From NCBI RefSeq assembly GCF_006345805.1, contig NC_043000.1, positions 33,666,001-33,730,000 of the forward strand: a stretch of 64,000 bases of DNA. Reading direction: 5' to 3'. Under the pieces are notes generated by a model. It saw nothing but the letters and a program-made list of their open reading frames with translations, was not told where the DNA came from and did no database searches. How positions within the stretch are numbered: position 1 is the stretch's first letter; every line of letters starts with the position of its first letter. This document shows, one piece after another, positions 36,283 to 50,447 of the stretch. Made by a program: the position numbers and the translations under genes. The stretch comes from Octopus sinensis (lineage: Eukaryota).

Positions 36283-37479
36283 ACACACACACACATATAT
36301 ACATTTATATATGCATTTCGGAGTGTGTGTGTATGTGTCTATGTGATTGCTTCTCGCTGTAAGAGAAACGGATATTTATCACATTAACCCTCAAGTAACT
36401 ATTTTCTTCAACCTCCTGCTCTATAATTTAAACAAAATAGTTATTCATCCGCGTCATACCGAAACTGTCAACTTGTCCAGTCACCCTTCACCTTCTGTTT
36501 TTCCGGACAGCACCTTCCTTTATATATCTTTCTTGGCAAGTATTCTCTGCCAATTTCACTTCAAGATAACAATTATTATCAAATATACGCTTAATTACCA
36601 TACTGTTAGATACATATAGATTACACATTCAGAAGAGCTGACAGCGTACATATATGTGTATGTACATATGTGCGTATGAATATGTACGTATATAGTCCCT
36701 GTAGCCATTTCCGTACTATAGATTCATAACGGTCTACCGCAGACACCGTTGTAGTTTTAGTTGCTAAAGCAAAAACCAAGATGGTCGTGTTTCTTGTGAT
36801 GTATTATGCCGCTCTGATCTGGCTGGTGCTTTAAGAAGCGATAGTAGAATATTCACACCATGTTTTGCCAGTTGACAGTAGCTCCATCACTCCGATCACT
36901 TTTGAGGCAACGCTATGTATCTGTCTGACAAATTGCTTATTGAGAGATGACCGTGTTGGCTAGTTTAGTCGTCGAGAGCGAGAGAAGTGGAGAGTTGGAT
37001 CCCTCTCGAAGTATATTTGTGAAAAAGGAAAAATGCATTTGATGAAATAGATTTAGATACTTTATACATCAATAAAAGATGGAATGGCTGTGGCCGCAAC
37101 GCCAGAACTATGCTTGCTCAAAGGGGAAAGATCTGGGGTTAGCAAGCATCCACTGTTGTTTCTGGTTCTGTTTTTTTGTAATAGTAGTTGTTAGTGAAGC
37201 TTCTGTTGCTGCTCTTTGTTTTCTAGTCGTTGTTATTGGTAGTGTTGTTGTTGCTGTGGTTGTGGTGTTATCTGTAGTGCTGGCTTTCTTCCTACTCACG
37301 GTCTTCAAGGGTTACTCCCACATGTGTAGCATCTAGGTCTTCCAACAATAACCTGAAGTTATAGTCCGTACGTCAGTTCAATAAGATCAGGAATCTTGAC
37401 GCATTTTGCCGGTTTTAAATGGATTAATATCGCCAGCTGAAGCCAATTCTTTTTTTCGATAATATTTTAAAAATAGAGT

Positions 37480-38110
37480 AGGGTGTTCGAACCTCCTATT
37501 CCGATACATGCCATCACCGTCATAACTCAATCAGACAGCAAGTGAAGAATCCGCAGGAAAGAATACAAAAGTATCAGTCACCTCTTGTGTGAGAGCAGTA
37601 GCTATCACAAAAAGAATATAAGCACAGACCTGACTGTGTAGGTTAAAAGAATGCATTCGGATGGTAGCAGAGTGGGAGGCTTGTAAACAACATAAAAGTG
37701 GTGTGGGCTGGAACTAGAGGCTGTGGAGAAAATGAGAATTACAGGATATTGTGGGACATCCCCATAAAAACTGACCCCCCACATCTGAAGATAGGATATA
37801 ATTATAAAGGGGGAAATAAAGCGTGTGATATTGTAGATTTTTACAATTCCTTGTGATAACAGAATGGAGAGCAGAGAAATCGAAAACAAGGGTGGGGGTT
37901 AGCTAGAGGGTGGAACAGACAGTCGAAGAACACAATTATTCCTGTGGTAATTGGTGCACTTGGCCCAACACCCAAAATGCTATCTAAAAGACTGAAAGAA
38001 ATTGGAAGTTAGACTTGCACTGTCAACCTGCAGAAAAGTACCATCCTGTATTCTGCCAGAATCCCAAGGAAGATTCTTGAGATTTGAGGTAATTTGTTGT
38101 CACAAAAAAA
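37480..38110 (+). mobile_element. R4/Dong-clade LINE 3' fragment
   Basis: ENENYRILWDIPIKTD, IVDF.IPCD, TIIPVVIGALG...LQKSTILYSARIPRKILE. Confidence 0.8.
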
Positions 38111-38154
38111 TCAAGGTAACATTCCTGCAAAATACAGCAACAATTCTTTCTACT

Positions 38155-38295
38155 CTGGGTACAAGGCCTGACATTTTATGGGGGTGGGTGTTAAGCAGTT
38201 AGAGCCATCCTACTGTTTGACTGGAAAAGATGAAAGGTAAACTAAAAATCTGAACGTAAATCCGGAAGAAATGCCGCTAAGTATTTTGTCCGGAG
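38155..38295 (-). mobile_element. SINE family C, degraded
   Basis: AAAGATGAAAGG...GAAATGCCGCTAAGTATTTTGTCCGG. Confidence 0.6.
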
Positions 38296-38341
38296 TGCAC
38301 TGTTATTATTATATGGACATAAATACTATATATATACATAA

Positions 38342-38408
<67 letters not shown>

Positions 38409-39251
38409 CTTCTATATACTTAAATAGACACACACACACATACGTATGCATGTATATGTATATATGTGTATATAGAAAACCCTATGTAGCGCTCAAATGA
38501 TTTGAACTTACACTCCGAAACCTTTATCGAGGAACAAGTTCACGGGGTAACGAGCAGCTACAGGAGGAACCCGGGTGAGCAGATATGGAGACAATGAAAC
38601 GAATAAACAAATAAAACTGCTTGAGTTTGATACACAAAATACATATACATACATACATACATGTAAATACAGAGAAAGAAAAGGCTAAACATTTTCAGAC
38701 GATGAATATTCCTGTATAAATATATCGTTATTTATATTAGAAGAAATGAGGTACTCAGAAATTCGGATGGTTTTATATTTACAGATATTTATTTGTATAT
38801 TACATGTTTTTATACATCATATATCATATATCATATATCATATAATAGCGCTTTCGTCCATTCTAGTGGAGTTTTCAAATATATAAATCGATATTTATAT
38901 ATTCACAAAGCAAACTTATACACAGTACAAAGATAGAAGATTAAAGGGCAGAAGGTTTATGTATATTTTTGTGAACTACATCTGCCAATATTAGGAACCG
39001 ATTCCGAGCCTCAGAAGCGGCTGCTGGAACTGTAACGTCTTACCTTCTTACTTTATAATTCTCTGTGTCTTTTGCATTCCGTGTAAGTTGGATCTGTTGA
39101 CATAGAAATATCGATATATATTTATTCTTCAACATTCATCGTCTGAAATTTTCAATCTTTGCTTTCTGTCTACTTACATGCATACACGTGTGTATATGTT
39201 GTATATCTAACCCAAGGTTTTTATCTGTTTACCTGCATCATTATCTAGGAA

Positions 39252-39310
<59 letters not shown>

Positions 39311-39416
39311 ATAATATATATATGTGTGTGTGTGTATAATATAATATAATAATATATACATACTTACGTAAACACACACATATATATGCATACATACACA
39401 CACACACACACAACAC

Positions 39417-39453
<37 letters not shown>

Positions 39454-39509
39454 ATATATATATAATATATATATATATGCTGGATACATACATACAGATA
39501 TATATATAT

Positions 39510-40040
39510 GGTGGCTGCCCCCTCGTTATCGAGTATGGCCATTGCACGAAGCTTAATCAAAGTTGTTATCGTGCAATGCCAGTGCAAGATTTTTTTTTAA
39601 GTGAGGAAAGGCTGTGCACTGAATTCAATCCCACTCACTAAGCAACAGCAGCCATATTCCCGAAAGAAGAACAAGTCAACATCATCGGTAACCACCGAGC
39701 CGCAGGTTTTATGTCGGAGTTATCCCAGTTACCTGAGTTACCTTCTAGAAGGATGCCCTAACAAAGGTTAGGAGTCCTTCACTCCCAATGGTTTAACCGC
39801 GCGATCGGGTAATCAGTCCGATTATTTCTATGTCCCCGCCCATGATACAGCCTTAAGACATTTATTGGATGGCCGTTGACTCTCAAAAGTTCCTCCGCCC
39901 TTTGACGGGTTTTGTTTTTCATCCCGCAAGGTGTCCAATAAACACCCACCTCACCAGCAAGCTTGGTGGAGTTGCTGGTTTAGTCGCCGACGACACGACC
40001 ATGCGGCAGGTTGTGCTGGGTTACATGCTACAAGTAGCAC
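39510..40040 (-). mobile_element. GC-richer non-coding retroelement segment, probably RTE-derived non-autonomous element
   Basis: Sharp GC island between (TA)n tracts; ends resemble RTE UTR motifs from recall only. Confidence 0.4.
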
Positions 40041-40239
40041 ATGAAAGTGACCTGACATAATTATATATATATATATGATATATATATATATATGTATATA
40101 TATACATACATATATACAATATATGTATGTATGTATATATATAGTGTAATAAATAAAATATATGCATACATACAAACATATATGTACGTACCTACACCTA
40201 CATGTATATATACATGCATATAAAAATATATATACACGT

Positions 40240-41300
40240 GAGTACAGGACACTACAACTAGACGTAGAACTCAACGAGAAACGAAAAACGAAAACGGAAA
40301 AACCATTTTTTTACAACAGAAAAAACAAGTACAGGACATACTACACAAGGAAAAACCCCCTATCATCAGCTGTCACTAGTTCGGCTCCAGTGTGTTTCGA
40401 AGGCAAGGCAGGACACGACTCGCTAAACTAATCCTTCCTGCGAGAGAATTAAAATAAAATTGCCTCACAGAGGGGTAAAAACAAGCAAGAAAAAAATGTA
40501 TCACAAACAGGACGTAAAAACGATACAAATAAAACTACAAAATAAAATAAAGATAAAAATACATGTACAAGAAAATACAATACGAGAAATAAAATGAAAG
40601 TACAATACGAGAAATAAAAATAAAAATAAACAAGAAAACAAACAAGAAAACAAACGAAAAGGCCTTTTTTCTGGCTGAGACGAAGGAGATTCTAGCAGCG
40701 CATGAGAAAACAAATGTGTCTCTTTATAGTTTGAAAGCCGCGTGTAAAAGGAAGTAGTTTTGGCTAGCAGTGGCAAAGATGAGGAGGAGTGAGAGAGAGA
40801 GAGATAGAGGAAGACAAGCGGCTGAGAGAGAGATGAGGAAGAGTGAGAGAGAGAGAATTAAAATAAAATTGCCTCGCAGAGGGGTAAAAACAAGCAAGAA
40901 AAAATGTGTCACAAACAGGACGTAAAAACGATACGAATAAAACTACAAAATAAAATACAAGATAAAAATACATGTACAAGAAAATACAATACGAGAAATA
41001 AAAAGAAAATACAATACGAGAAATAAAAATAAAAATAAACAAGAAAACAAACAAGAAAACAGTACATATATATATATATATAATAATATAGGGGGATAAA
41101 TCCAAACTTACAGGGAAAAATTAGATTTAGGATTAAATCCAATTTTATGGTATAAATATATTATATCATATTATATTAAATTAGAGATAAAACGACTATT
41201 AGGCAAATCAAACAGTGAAAAACATAAGCCAATACATAAAATTAATTTAAAAATATAAAAGTTAAAAATAAAAAATTATTTAAATAATTTAAACTTATAA
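40240..41300 (-). mobile_element. Penelope-like pseudo-LTR remnants with ~210-bp direct repeat (40442-40655 and 40851-41060)
   Basis: GAGAGAATTAAAATAAAATTGCCTC.CAGAGGGGTAAAAACAAGC... duplicated. 41170-41240 matches 55110-55185. Confidence 0.55.
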
Positions 41301-41355
41301 ATTTTATATATATATACAAATATATATATATATATGTATGTATGTATGTATATTT

Positions 41356-41388
<33 letters not shown>

Positions 41389-41502
41389 ATATACATACAT
41401 ATATATATATATACATACATATATATAATACATACATATATATATTATATACATACATATATATATACATACATATATAAATATACATACATATATAATA
41501 TA

Positions 41503-41536
<34 letters not shown>

Positions 41537-42070
41537 CATATATGTGTGTGTGTGTGTGTACATAGATATATATGTGTGTATACACAAATACACACACGCG
41601 CACACAGACACACCACAGACACACACACACACACACGCTTACACACACACACACACTTACACTCCATTGCTAAAGTTTGGATGATAAAACTTTGTTGACA
41701 TATCTCTGAATATAGTCACTCACTGCATCTAAAATTTTTATGTTAAATTCACAAGTTCGAGCAATTTTTTTCAGTCAAGATTTAGAGACAGAGAAAACTT
41801 TTATGCCACACATAGGTGCCGGCCAGACTTGATGTTTGGCAACAGTAAACTGAGTATAACCACACTTTGTATTGTCTTGCTTTCTTACACACAACAACAG
41901 GTTTTCTATGAATGATTTATATATTGTCACTAGAAACATTCTTACATGTCCAAGGATGATATTTAGAATGTCTACATGGCTGTTTTCATAAACTTTTGTA
42001 AATTTTACTTATTGTGTTAAACAATTTTTCTCTATCTATCTTTCTACCTATCTATCTCTCTACTTACCTA

Positions 42071-42161
<91 letters not shown>

Positions 42162-42252
42162 GTCAGTCTGTCTGTCTGTACGTATATATATATATATATA
42201 TATACACGCATATATATACATATATATATATACATACATCTCTCTCTATCCT

Positions 42253-42290
<38 letters not shown>

Positions 42291-42312
42291 CATCTATCTA
42301 TCTATCTGTCTG

Positions 42313-42369
<57 letters not shown>

Positions 42370-42769
42370 ACATACATACATACATACATACATACATACA
42401 TACATACATACAAGCATACAAACATACATACATATATTCATGCACGCATATCGTTTCATTAACTACTCACTAAACCAATCGGTGTTGAACTAAAGACAGT
42501 TATTCAACAGTTTTGTAACAAAGCAACTGCCAACATCATGTGTGGATCGTATATGACCAGGAAAAGACAAAGGAACGATTTATATCTATGGTGGAATATA
42601 AGTTTGGATGTTTAGCTACAGGCCAGTCGTTATATACTACACAGCTGATTGACTAACATAAAACTAGACTTGATTATCTTTGTTTGAAATGCTTAGAAAC
42701 ATAAATTCAAAACGACAGATGTTCGCTACCATGATATTATGCCAATAAAGCAAATAGAAAGATCGGAAC

Positions 42770-42948
42770 TAGAAGTGGCTGTGCGGTAAGTAGCGTGCTT
42801 ACCAATCACATGGTTCCGGGTTCAGTCCCACTGCGTGGCACCTTGGGCAAGTGTCTTCTACTATAGCCTCGGGCCGGCCAAAGCCTTGTGAGTGGATTTG
42901 GTAGACGGAAACTGAAAGAAGCCCACAGTATATATGTATATGTATAGG

Positions 42949-43032
<84 letters not shown>

Positions 43033-43268
43033 GAATATATGTATAGGTGTGTGTGTATGTTTGTGTTGTCTGTGTTTGTTCCCCCACCGTCGCTTGACAA
43101 CCGATGTTGGTTTGTTTACGCCCCCGTATCTTAGCGGTTCGGCGAAAAAGACCGATAGCATAAGTACTTGGCTTACAAAGAATAAGTCCTGGGGTCGATT
43201 TGCTCGCCTAAAGGCTGTGCTCCAGCATGGCCACAGTCAAATGACTGAAGCAGAGTAAAGAGTAAAGA
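42770..43268 (+). mobile_element. SINE family D, internal (TA)n
   Basis: Homology to the 27381 copy. Confidence 0.9.
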
Positions 43269-43269
43269 G

Positions 43270-43561
43270 TATGACACATCTAGAAAATCATGGAAGTTTA
43301 TCACCACAATTTGACATTTGAGTGCGGGTCTCTGAGACGGTATCGCCAAAACATCTTTCCCTGTCTTGGTCGAAGGAACGATCACACGCTACACACGTTC
43401 CTTCCAAGCACTGCTGTAAACATCGGAAGTGAGCTAGAACATTAAAACTTAGTGCGCATGCACATCAGAGTTCAAAGTCAATCTATGGTAAGCGGCTTCA
43501 CTCTGCGTACTGAAGCTTAGTTACTATGGCAACAGTCCGGATACTTATTGATCAGACCTCG
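43270..43561 (-). mobile_element. mariner-like element 5' end (TIR plus start of transposase)
   Basis: TA|CGAGGTCTGATCAATAAGTATCCGGAC terminal sequence; NVK..-like N-terminal remnant. Confidence 0.6.
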
Positions 43562-43617
43562 TATGTATGTATATACATACACACATACATACATACATAC
43601 ATACATACATACATACA

Positions 43618-43653
<36 letters not shown>

Positions 43654-44089
43654 TTATATATATATATATATACATATGTATATATAATACATATATACAT
43701 ACATATATACATATATGTATATATGTATTTATATATACATACATATATACACATATGTATATATGTATTTATATATATTATATATATATAGATATATATA
43801 TATATGTATATACATACATGTGTATACACACATAATTTGTTGGCAATGTATTGTGCTTGAGTTTCGATAGGTTATTGATTTAAGTGAAATTACTTTCCAT
43901 TGATTTGTAAAGGATAATCACATCAGTAATTCGATTTACATATCTGAGAACACATTCCTCACCACACTCACACACACACACACACATACATGTACATACA
44001 TACACACTCACACACGCACACATTTATGTAAATGCCTTCACCTACCCACCCACACACACACTCACACACACTCACACACACACACACAC

Positions 44090-44745
44090 ATATATATCTC
44101 TGTACATATAGGGGGCATCCATCAACCGAGAATCTCTCTCAACACAAAATACTTGGACGCGCGCACACACACACACACGCACGCACGCACACATATTGAC
44201 ATATTCGAATATGAAACGTAAAGCCTGTTTGATACAAATATAAGTGAGATAAATTTGTTATCATGTTTTGGTTTGCGGATTGTTAAAGAAATATAAAACG
44301 GAAAGAAACAATCGGTAAGTAGGTTTATAGAGGAGTTGAATGCAGCTATCTACTGACGTCAATGGCCAATATATACACACATACATGAATACATATACTA
44401 CGAACATATACACACACATATATATCTCTGTACATATAGGGGGCATCCATCAACCGAGAATCTCTCTCACACACAAATACTTGGACGCACACACACACGC
44501 ACGCACACATATTGACATATTCGAATATGAAACGTAAAGCCTGTTTGATACAAATATAATGAGATAAATTTGTTAAGTCATGTTTGGTTTGCGGAATTGT
44601 TAAAGAGAAATAATAAAACGGAAAGAAACATCGGTAAGTAGGTTTATAGAGGAGTTGAAATGCAGCTATCTACTGACGTCAATGGCCAATATATACACAC
44701 ATACATGAATACATATACTACGAACATATACACACACATATATAT
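44090..44745. repeat. ~330-bp tandem duplication
   Basis: TATATATCTCTGTACATATAGGGGGCATCCATCAACCGAG at 44091 and 44421. Confidence 0.9.
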
Positions 44746-45137
44746 ATATATAGCATAAAGTGTAGGGTGTTTTTGACGTTGCTCTGAAATAAGTTATGCG
44801 AAAAAAAGTGCTCAATATTGTTAAGCAGAGTGAAATAATATAATTTATCGAAAGCTGCGTTTCTATGGATCGCTTCTTGGAGTTTCACGGTTCCGGTGTT
44901 TGGGCGACTGATAATGAGAATTCTAAGGGTTCCTTATATACATCAGGGATTTCTCAAACGGCTATGGTCATGTGACACTAGTCCAGTGGTCCTGGTTAGC
45001 TGACCGTGAAAATGTAACTGTTCATATTGACACAAGTCATGTGATGATGGTTATAGCAGACTGATATATAAATATACATGCATGCATACAGCCATACATA
45101 CGTGCAAACATACAGGCATTATATACATTAATACGTT

Positions 45138-45182
<45 letters not shown>

Positions 45183-45204
45183 AGTACACACACACACACA
45201 CATA

Positions 45205-45322
45205 AGCGGTACTAGGCTTACAAAGAATAAGTCCTGGGGTTGATTTCTTCAACTAAAAACCCTTTAAGGCGGTGCTTCAGCATGGCCGCAGTCAAATAAC
45301 TGAAATAAGTAAAAGAATAAAG
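45205..45322 (+). mobile_element. SINE family D 3' fragment
   Basis: GTACTAGGCTTACAAAGAATAAGTCCTGGGG...CAGCATGGCCGCAGTCAAATAACTGAAA. Confidence 0.85.
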
Positions 45323-45328
45323 GAATAT

Positions 45329-45359
<31 letters not shown>

Positions 45360-45795
45360 CGTATGCGTATGCGTGTGTGTGTTTGTGCATGCGTGTGTGA
45401 ATGTATGTATATATACATATTATACATATACATAAAGACATATATAAACCTATGTTCCTATTTCTTTCAACGCTATCTCATTTGCACGGAGAAATATCAC
45501 TTGTTATCGTCAACGTATGTACACACACACGCATACACACATATCTATAGGAATATCTACATATGTATATATGTAGATATATGTATTTGATCGCGTTTAT
45601 ACATACATACATGCATACATACAAATAATATATATATATATGCAAATATACTTAATATGCACATGCATATATACCTATATATATGTGTGTGTGTATATGT
45701 ATAATATATGTATATATATATATATATATATATTATATATGTATAATATATATATATATATATTATACTAAAGGAAAGAGGGGGAGTAAAAGAGA

Positions 45796-45831
<36 letters not shown>

Positions 45832-46294
45832 ATATTAGAAAGAACACAAATGAAAGCAATGAAGCAAAGAGCTTTTGTCTTTTATAATTTTCTTGCTTCT
45901 TTAAGTTCTCAATTACAAAACGTCGTTTTGAAAAATAAATGAAATTAAAGAAAGCAATCATCTTTACCGGAACCGGAACACCACCACCTATCTGACTCCT
46001 CAGATTCGCTCGTAGTTATTATAATCAGACTAAAAACTGTTCTATAGACTCATTACTAACATCTCGATAGTTGAATAATTTCTTTTATTGCTAGAAGTGT
46101 TAAGAACACTCTGCTGAATAACAATAAATCTATTAACCCAATCGTCTAGTTTCGTGTAATATGTGTTTTAAATAGAGCATAAGTCGCAAATGGAAGCCTT
46201 TTTTAACGCCGTACAAGGCTTCCATTTAGAATATGAGGGGTTTGATGCTTATTCTACTCCTACGCCGGTATATTCTAAAGAGTCTGCAGCGTAA

Positions 46295-46420
46295 TCAAGG
46301 TTTTACTGTGTCTGCCTTGACTTCGTTAAAGCGTTTCTTAAGATCAGTCCTAGAATCTTCCGTCAGGAGGTGAGAAATGCTGGTTTGATGAGAAAGTGGG
46401 GAATTTCGTCCTTTGGTTTC
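46295..46420 (-). CDS. candidate terminal coding exon of unknown host gene
   Basis: Acceptor TTTTTAACTTCTGTCTTTCAG|GAA; phase-0 frame ETKGRNSPLSHQTSISHLLTEDSRTDLKKRFNEVKADTVKP*; AATAAA at 46089-46084. No homology recognised. Confidence 0.2.
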   Translation of the reverse strand, partial: ETKGRNSPLSHQTSISHLLTEDSRTDLKKRFNEVKADTVKP

Positions 46421-46799
46421 CTGAAAGACAGAAGTTAAAAAGGAGACGTTCAAAAGATTCAACAGTCATGAAATCTGTGAAAATAAATATACCGTTAGGT
46501 GTTTTGTGTCCCCTTTTATTAGTTGTAATGTTGTCAGACATAGACAAAAGTCTACAATCAGGAAAAGAGATCAATTCTAGAAATAATAGCAAACAGTGAT
46601 ATCTATACGTCATCGAACAAGATCTACGCACATTATACAACTGCGCGACTGACAATAACGTTATTCAATGTCACAAAATTGCATGAAGTCCGTTATAGAA
46701 AATACAATGTTCTACTTTGACGTAGACAAGGAAACACATCCAACCTCAAAATGCGCTCTTGACCTAATCTTATAACTATAGATGGATTTATTTAAATAT

Positions 46800-47297
46800 T
46801 CTTTTACTCGTTTCAGTCATTTGACTGGGGTCATGCTGGAGCACCGCCTTTAGTCGAGCAAATCGACCCCCAGGACTTATTCTTTGTAAGTCTAGTACTT
46901 ATTCTGTCGGCCTCTTTTGCCGAACCGTTAAGTTACGGAGACGTAAACACACCAGCATCGGTTGTTAAGCGATGGTGGCGGGACAAACACGGACACACAA
47001 ACACACAACATACATACACACACGCACACATACAGATATACATGCATGCATACATACATACATACATACATACATACATACATACATACATACATACATA
47101 CATACATACATTCATGCATATATATATTGTATAGGGCGGATTTCTTTTTAGTTTCCGTCTACCAAATCCACTCACGAGGCTTTGGGCAGCCCGAAGCTAT
47201 AGTAGTAGACACTTGCCCAAGGTACCACGCAGTGGGACTGAACCCGGAACCATGTGGTTGGTAAGCAAGCTACTTATCACACAGTCACTCCTGCGCC
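46800..47297 (-). mobile_element. SINE family D, full length, internal (ATGT)n
   Basis: Homology to the 27381 and 42770 copies. Confidence 0.9.
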
Positions 47298-47429
47298 TAT
47301 GTCCATTAACTGTTGACAAACTATTAAGAACTCAATAAGTGATCATTGAAAAATGTTAGTCTGAAGGAGAGTGACTCTCACATTGAGTAATTTATCATAA
47401 GTAAGGTCGCCAAGTAATACTGGGCCTAA

Positions 47430-47551
47430 ATCACTGGATCACAGTATCGATCAGACTATCAGATGACATTATACATCGCTGGACACGATGTGCTTCACAT
47501 TGTTTTAGCCTTCGAATGATACCATCCCGCTGGCTAGGCGAGCAGGCCAAG
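47430..47551 (-). mobile_element. 3' fragment of the SINE seen at 11320-11650
   Basis: GTTTTAGC.TTCGAATGAT and upstream similarity shared. Confidence 0.6.
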
Positions 47552-47699
47552 GGCCTACATACCAGCTGCAAAATCGGGGATCACCGGGATCATCTCTGCG
47601 TATTATATTTGTCTTCTATGAAGCCAGTGAGAATGAGACATTAAAATATTACATATGGTGACCCTCCCCTAAAAAAAAAAAAGAAACAAGTCCAACAGG

Positions 47700-48200
47700 G
47701 AGTATTGTCAGATCCCAATACATCTTTCCTCAGACTCTCACATTTCGGAACCAAACATCAGCAGAATTAGGCATTTAAATGTCTTCTGTTTTTCTGGTCA
47801 TCTTCGTATATAGTTCTTACTTTCAATTTTCCCTCCTCTGCCTTTTACAAACCCACTGACTCCCATTTCTATCTTGATTTCACCTTCTCCCATCTAACTC
47901 CTACTCCTTTCAGAACTCGTTCCCCTCCTACCACTTCTGTGGTCATGAACATCAAATGGTTCAGAATTTCACAAAACATGGCTACCCAACCAAATATCGA
48001 CGCTGCTTCGAGCTGCTTCACTGTCTCCTTTCCCCAACCAACCTCCAATATCAACCACCTTCAAGTGATATCCTTTCCCGACCATCTTTGGTCCGTCATT
48101 TGGCAATTACATCTACTCAAGAGGCTTTAGAATGCGATCTAAATGCATTTCTTTCTAGCATACCACATCAAACACCTGCAAAATGTTAGAATCAAAGTAG
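47700..48200 (+). pseudogene. possible Penelope-like RT remnant
   Basis: NFTKHGYP motif (cf. F..NGYP in PLE RT thumb); otherwise decayed. Confidence 0.3.
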
Positions 48201-48519
48201 AGCACAGACCGCCAATTCGGTGATCTGCCGAGTGAGATATCACCAACAATGGAAATAAAGAACGATCAAAAATGATTACGTCTTCCGCCGGAAACACACG
48301 CGGTAGACACAAAAGCAGAACATTTAACTCTCAATGTTCTGCAGTCTTGGATTAGCAAGAATGGTTAAAGCAGACCAAAGAATATATTCTGTAGCGACTC
48401 TCACACAGAATCCCGTTCCTCTCGATTAAACGAGCAGCAGTTTTTCTTTTCTATTTTTGGCTGGCTCGAAACCAAACGTATCGACATATTCTCTCACAAT
48501 GTTTACGTCACATCATCAT

Positions 48520-48557
48520 CATCATCATCTCTCTCTTTCTCTCTCTTTCTTGTATAT

Positions 48558-48644
<87 letters not shown>

Positions 48645-48679
48645 CATTATATACATATATCATACATATAAATATATAA

Positions 48680-48732
<53 letters not shown>

Positions 48733-49119
48733 ACATATATATGTACATATGCGTATGTCTATGTATCTATGTATACTCGGATATATCTATCTATCTATCT
48801 ATCTATCTATATATATATATCCTTACACATAATACATATATATATATATTCACACGCAAACACACACACACACAAACTCACACATATACACACACACATA
48901 TGAGTATATTATTTGTATTTTGTCTGGCGAGGCAATTATCTGTTTCCCTGTCCTTCTCTGGGTGTGTATATACATTAATGATATTACTTATACGCAGCTG
49001 TACCACAATAGATGTGCATTAAAGTGTGTTAGTGTTTATATAATCATTGTTTAATAGTAGTGAGCATTAGTGACAGCAGAATGATCAATGACGCAGCATA
49101 TTTCTCTACCTTTACCCCC

Positions 49120-49157
<38 letters not shown>

Positions 49158-49206
49158 CTACGCCGCCTACTTTCACTTTCACTCTCTTCTTCTTCCTCCT
49201 ATTGAT

Positions 49207-49237
<31 letters not shown>

Positions 49238-49272
49238 GCATATAAATATATATGTATATGCATATATGTATA

Positions 49273-49323
<51 letters not shown>

Positions 49324-49447
49324 TGTATATATATATATATGTACCTATATATATATATTTATATATAATATATATATCCACATATATATACGTTGTATAT
49401 ATCTATATCTATATCTATAATGTATACATATACATGCATATATAAAC

Positions 49448-49505
<58 letters not shown>

Positions 49506-49720
49506 CGTGTATGTGTGAGTGTTTATACGCGCACTTGTGTGTATACAGAGAAGAATAGGATACTGAGAAAGAAAGACACACACACATATATACACGTATG
49601 CATTTATATGTATATAGTAAGTGTTGCGTGTACGTGTGGATGTGCGTGTGTATGTGTATGTCATTATATGTGTGGTTGTGTGAGTTTGTGTGTGTGTGTA
49701 CCTGAAATTCCTGTGTGAGT
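48520..49720. repeat. dense (TA)n/(CA)n/(CT)n microsatellite block
   Basis: Read directly. Confidence 0.9.
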
Positions 49721-50267
49721 TTGTCGCCTCTTTAAGACTGTGATAAACAACTTAATACACGTTAAATCTATCTATCTCTCTCTCTCTTTCTCTCTCTTTC
49801 AGCTGAGAATTACAGATTAGACTTGATATATCACCATCATCAATCGTGATGATGGTGAAACGTAGTCGTGGTCGTCGTGGTGGTGGTGATATATTTAAGT
49901 TACTATGAAATACAAGTTGTATTTTGTTTCTTACGATTTCTCTCTTACCTGATTGGTTGACGGATTTGATATTTCTTACTCTTTTAGTCGTGTTTTTTTT
50001 TGTGTCCAGACAGAAAAAGTAAAAAAAAACAAAACAAAACAAAAAACTATAGAATTCAATTATAATTCTTTTTGCTTCCCATTGTGTTGAAAGTCGAATC
50101 CATCCATGTTTACTGTTTTGAAGACCAAGCGAGTTGTGCTGATAAAAATAAAAAAGATGAGAGTCAACAGGAGAGGAAGACTTGCAAGACAAACCAGGAC
50201 GAGGCTTCGATCGCTGGAATGCCACAACAAAGAACTTCAAGTAATTCTTCCGACTTTGTTTTTTTAT

Positions 50268-50400
50268 ATTCTGAGATCAAATCCCCGCTGAGGTCGACAT
50301 TGCTTTGAATCCTTTCTGGGTCGATAAAACAACGAACCAAAAACTGGGATCGATGTAATCGACTTAATACTTCACCCTAAATTTCAAACCTTCTGAAAGG
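50268..50400 (+). mobile_element. SINE family C fragment ending in (ATT)n
   Basis: TTCTGAGATCAAATCCCCGCTGAGGTCGAC...GGGTCGATAAA. Confidence 0.75.
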
Positions 50401-50447
<47 letters not shown>

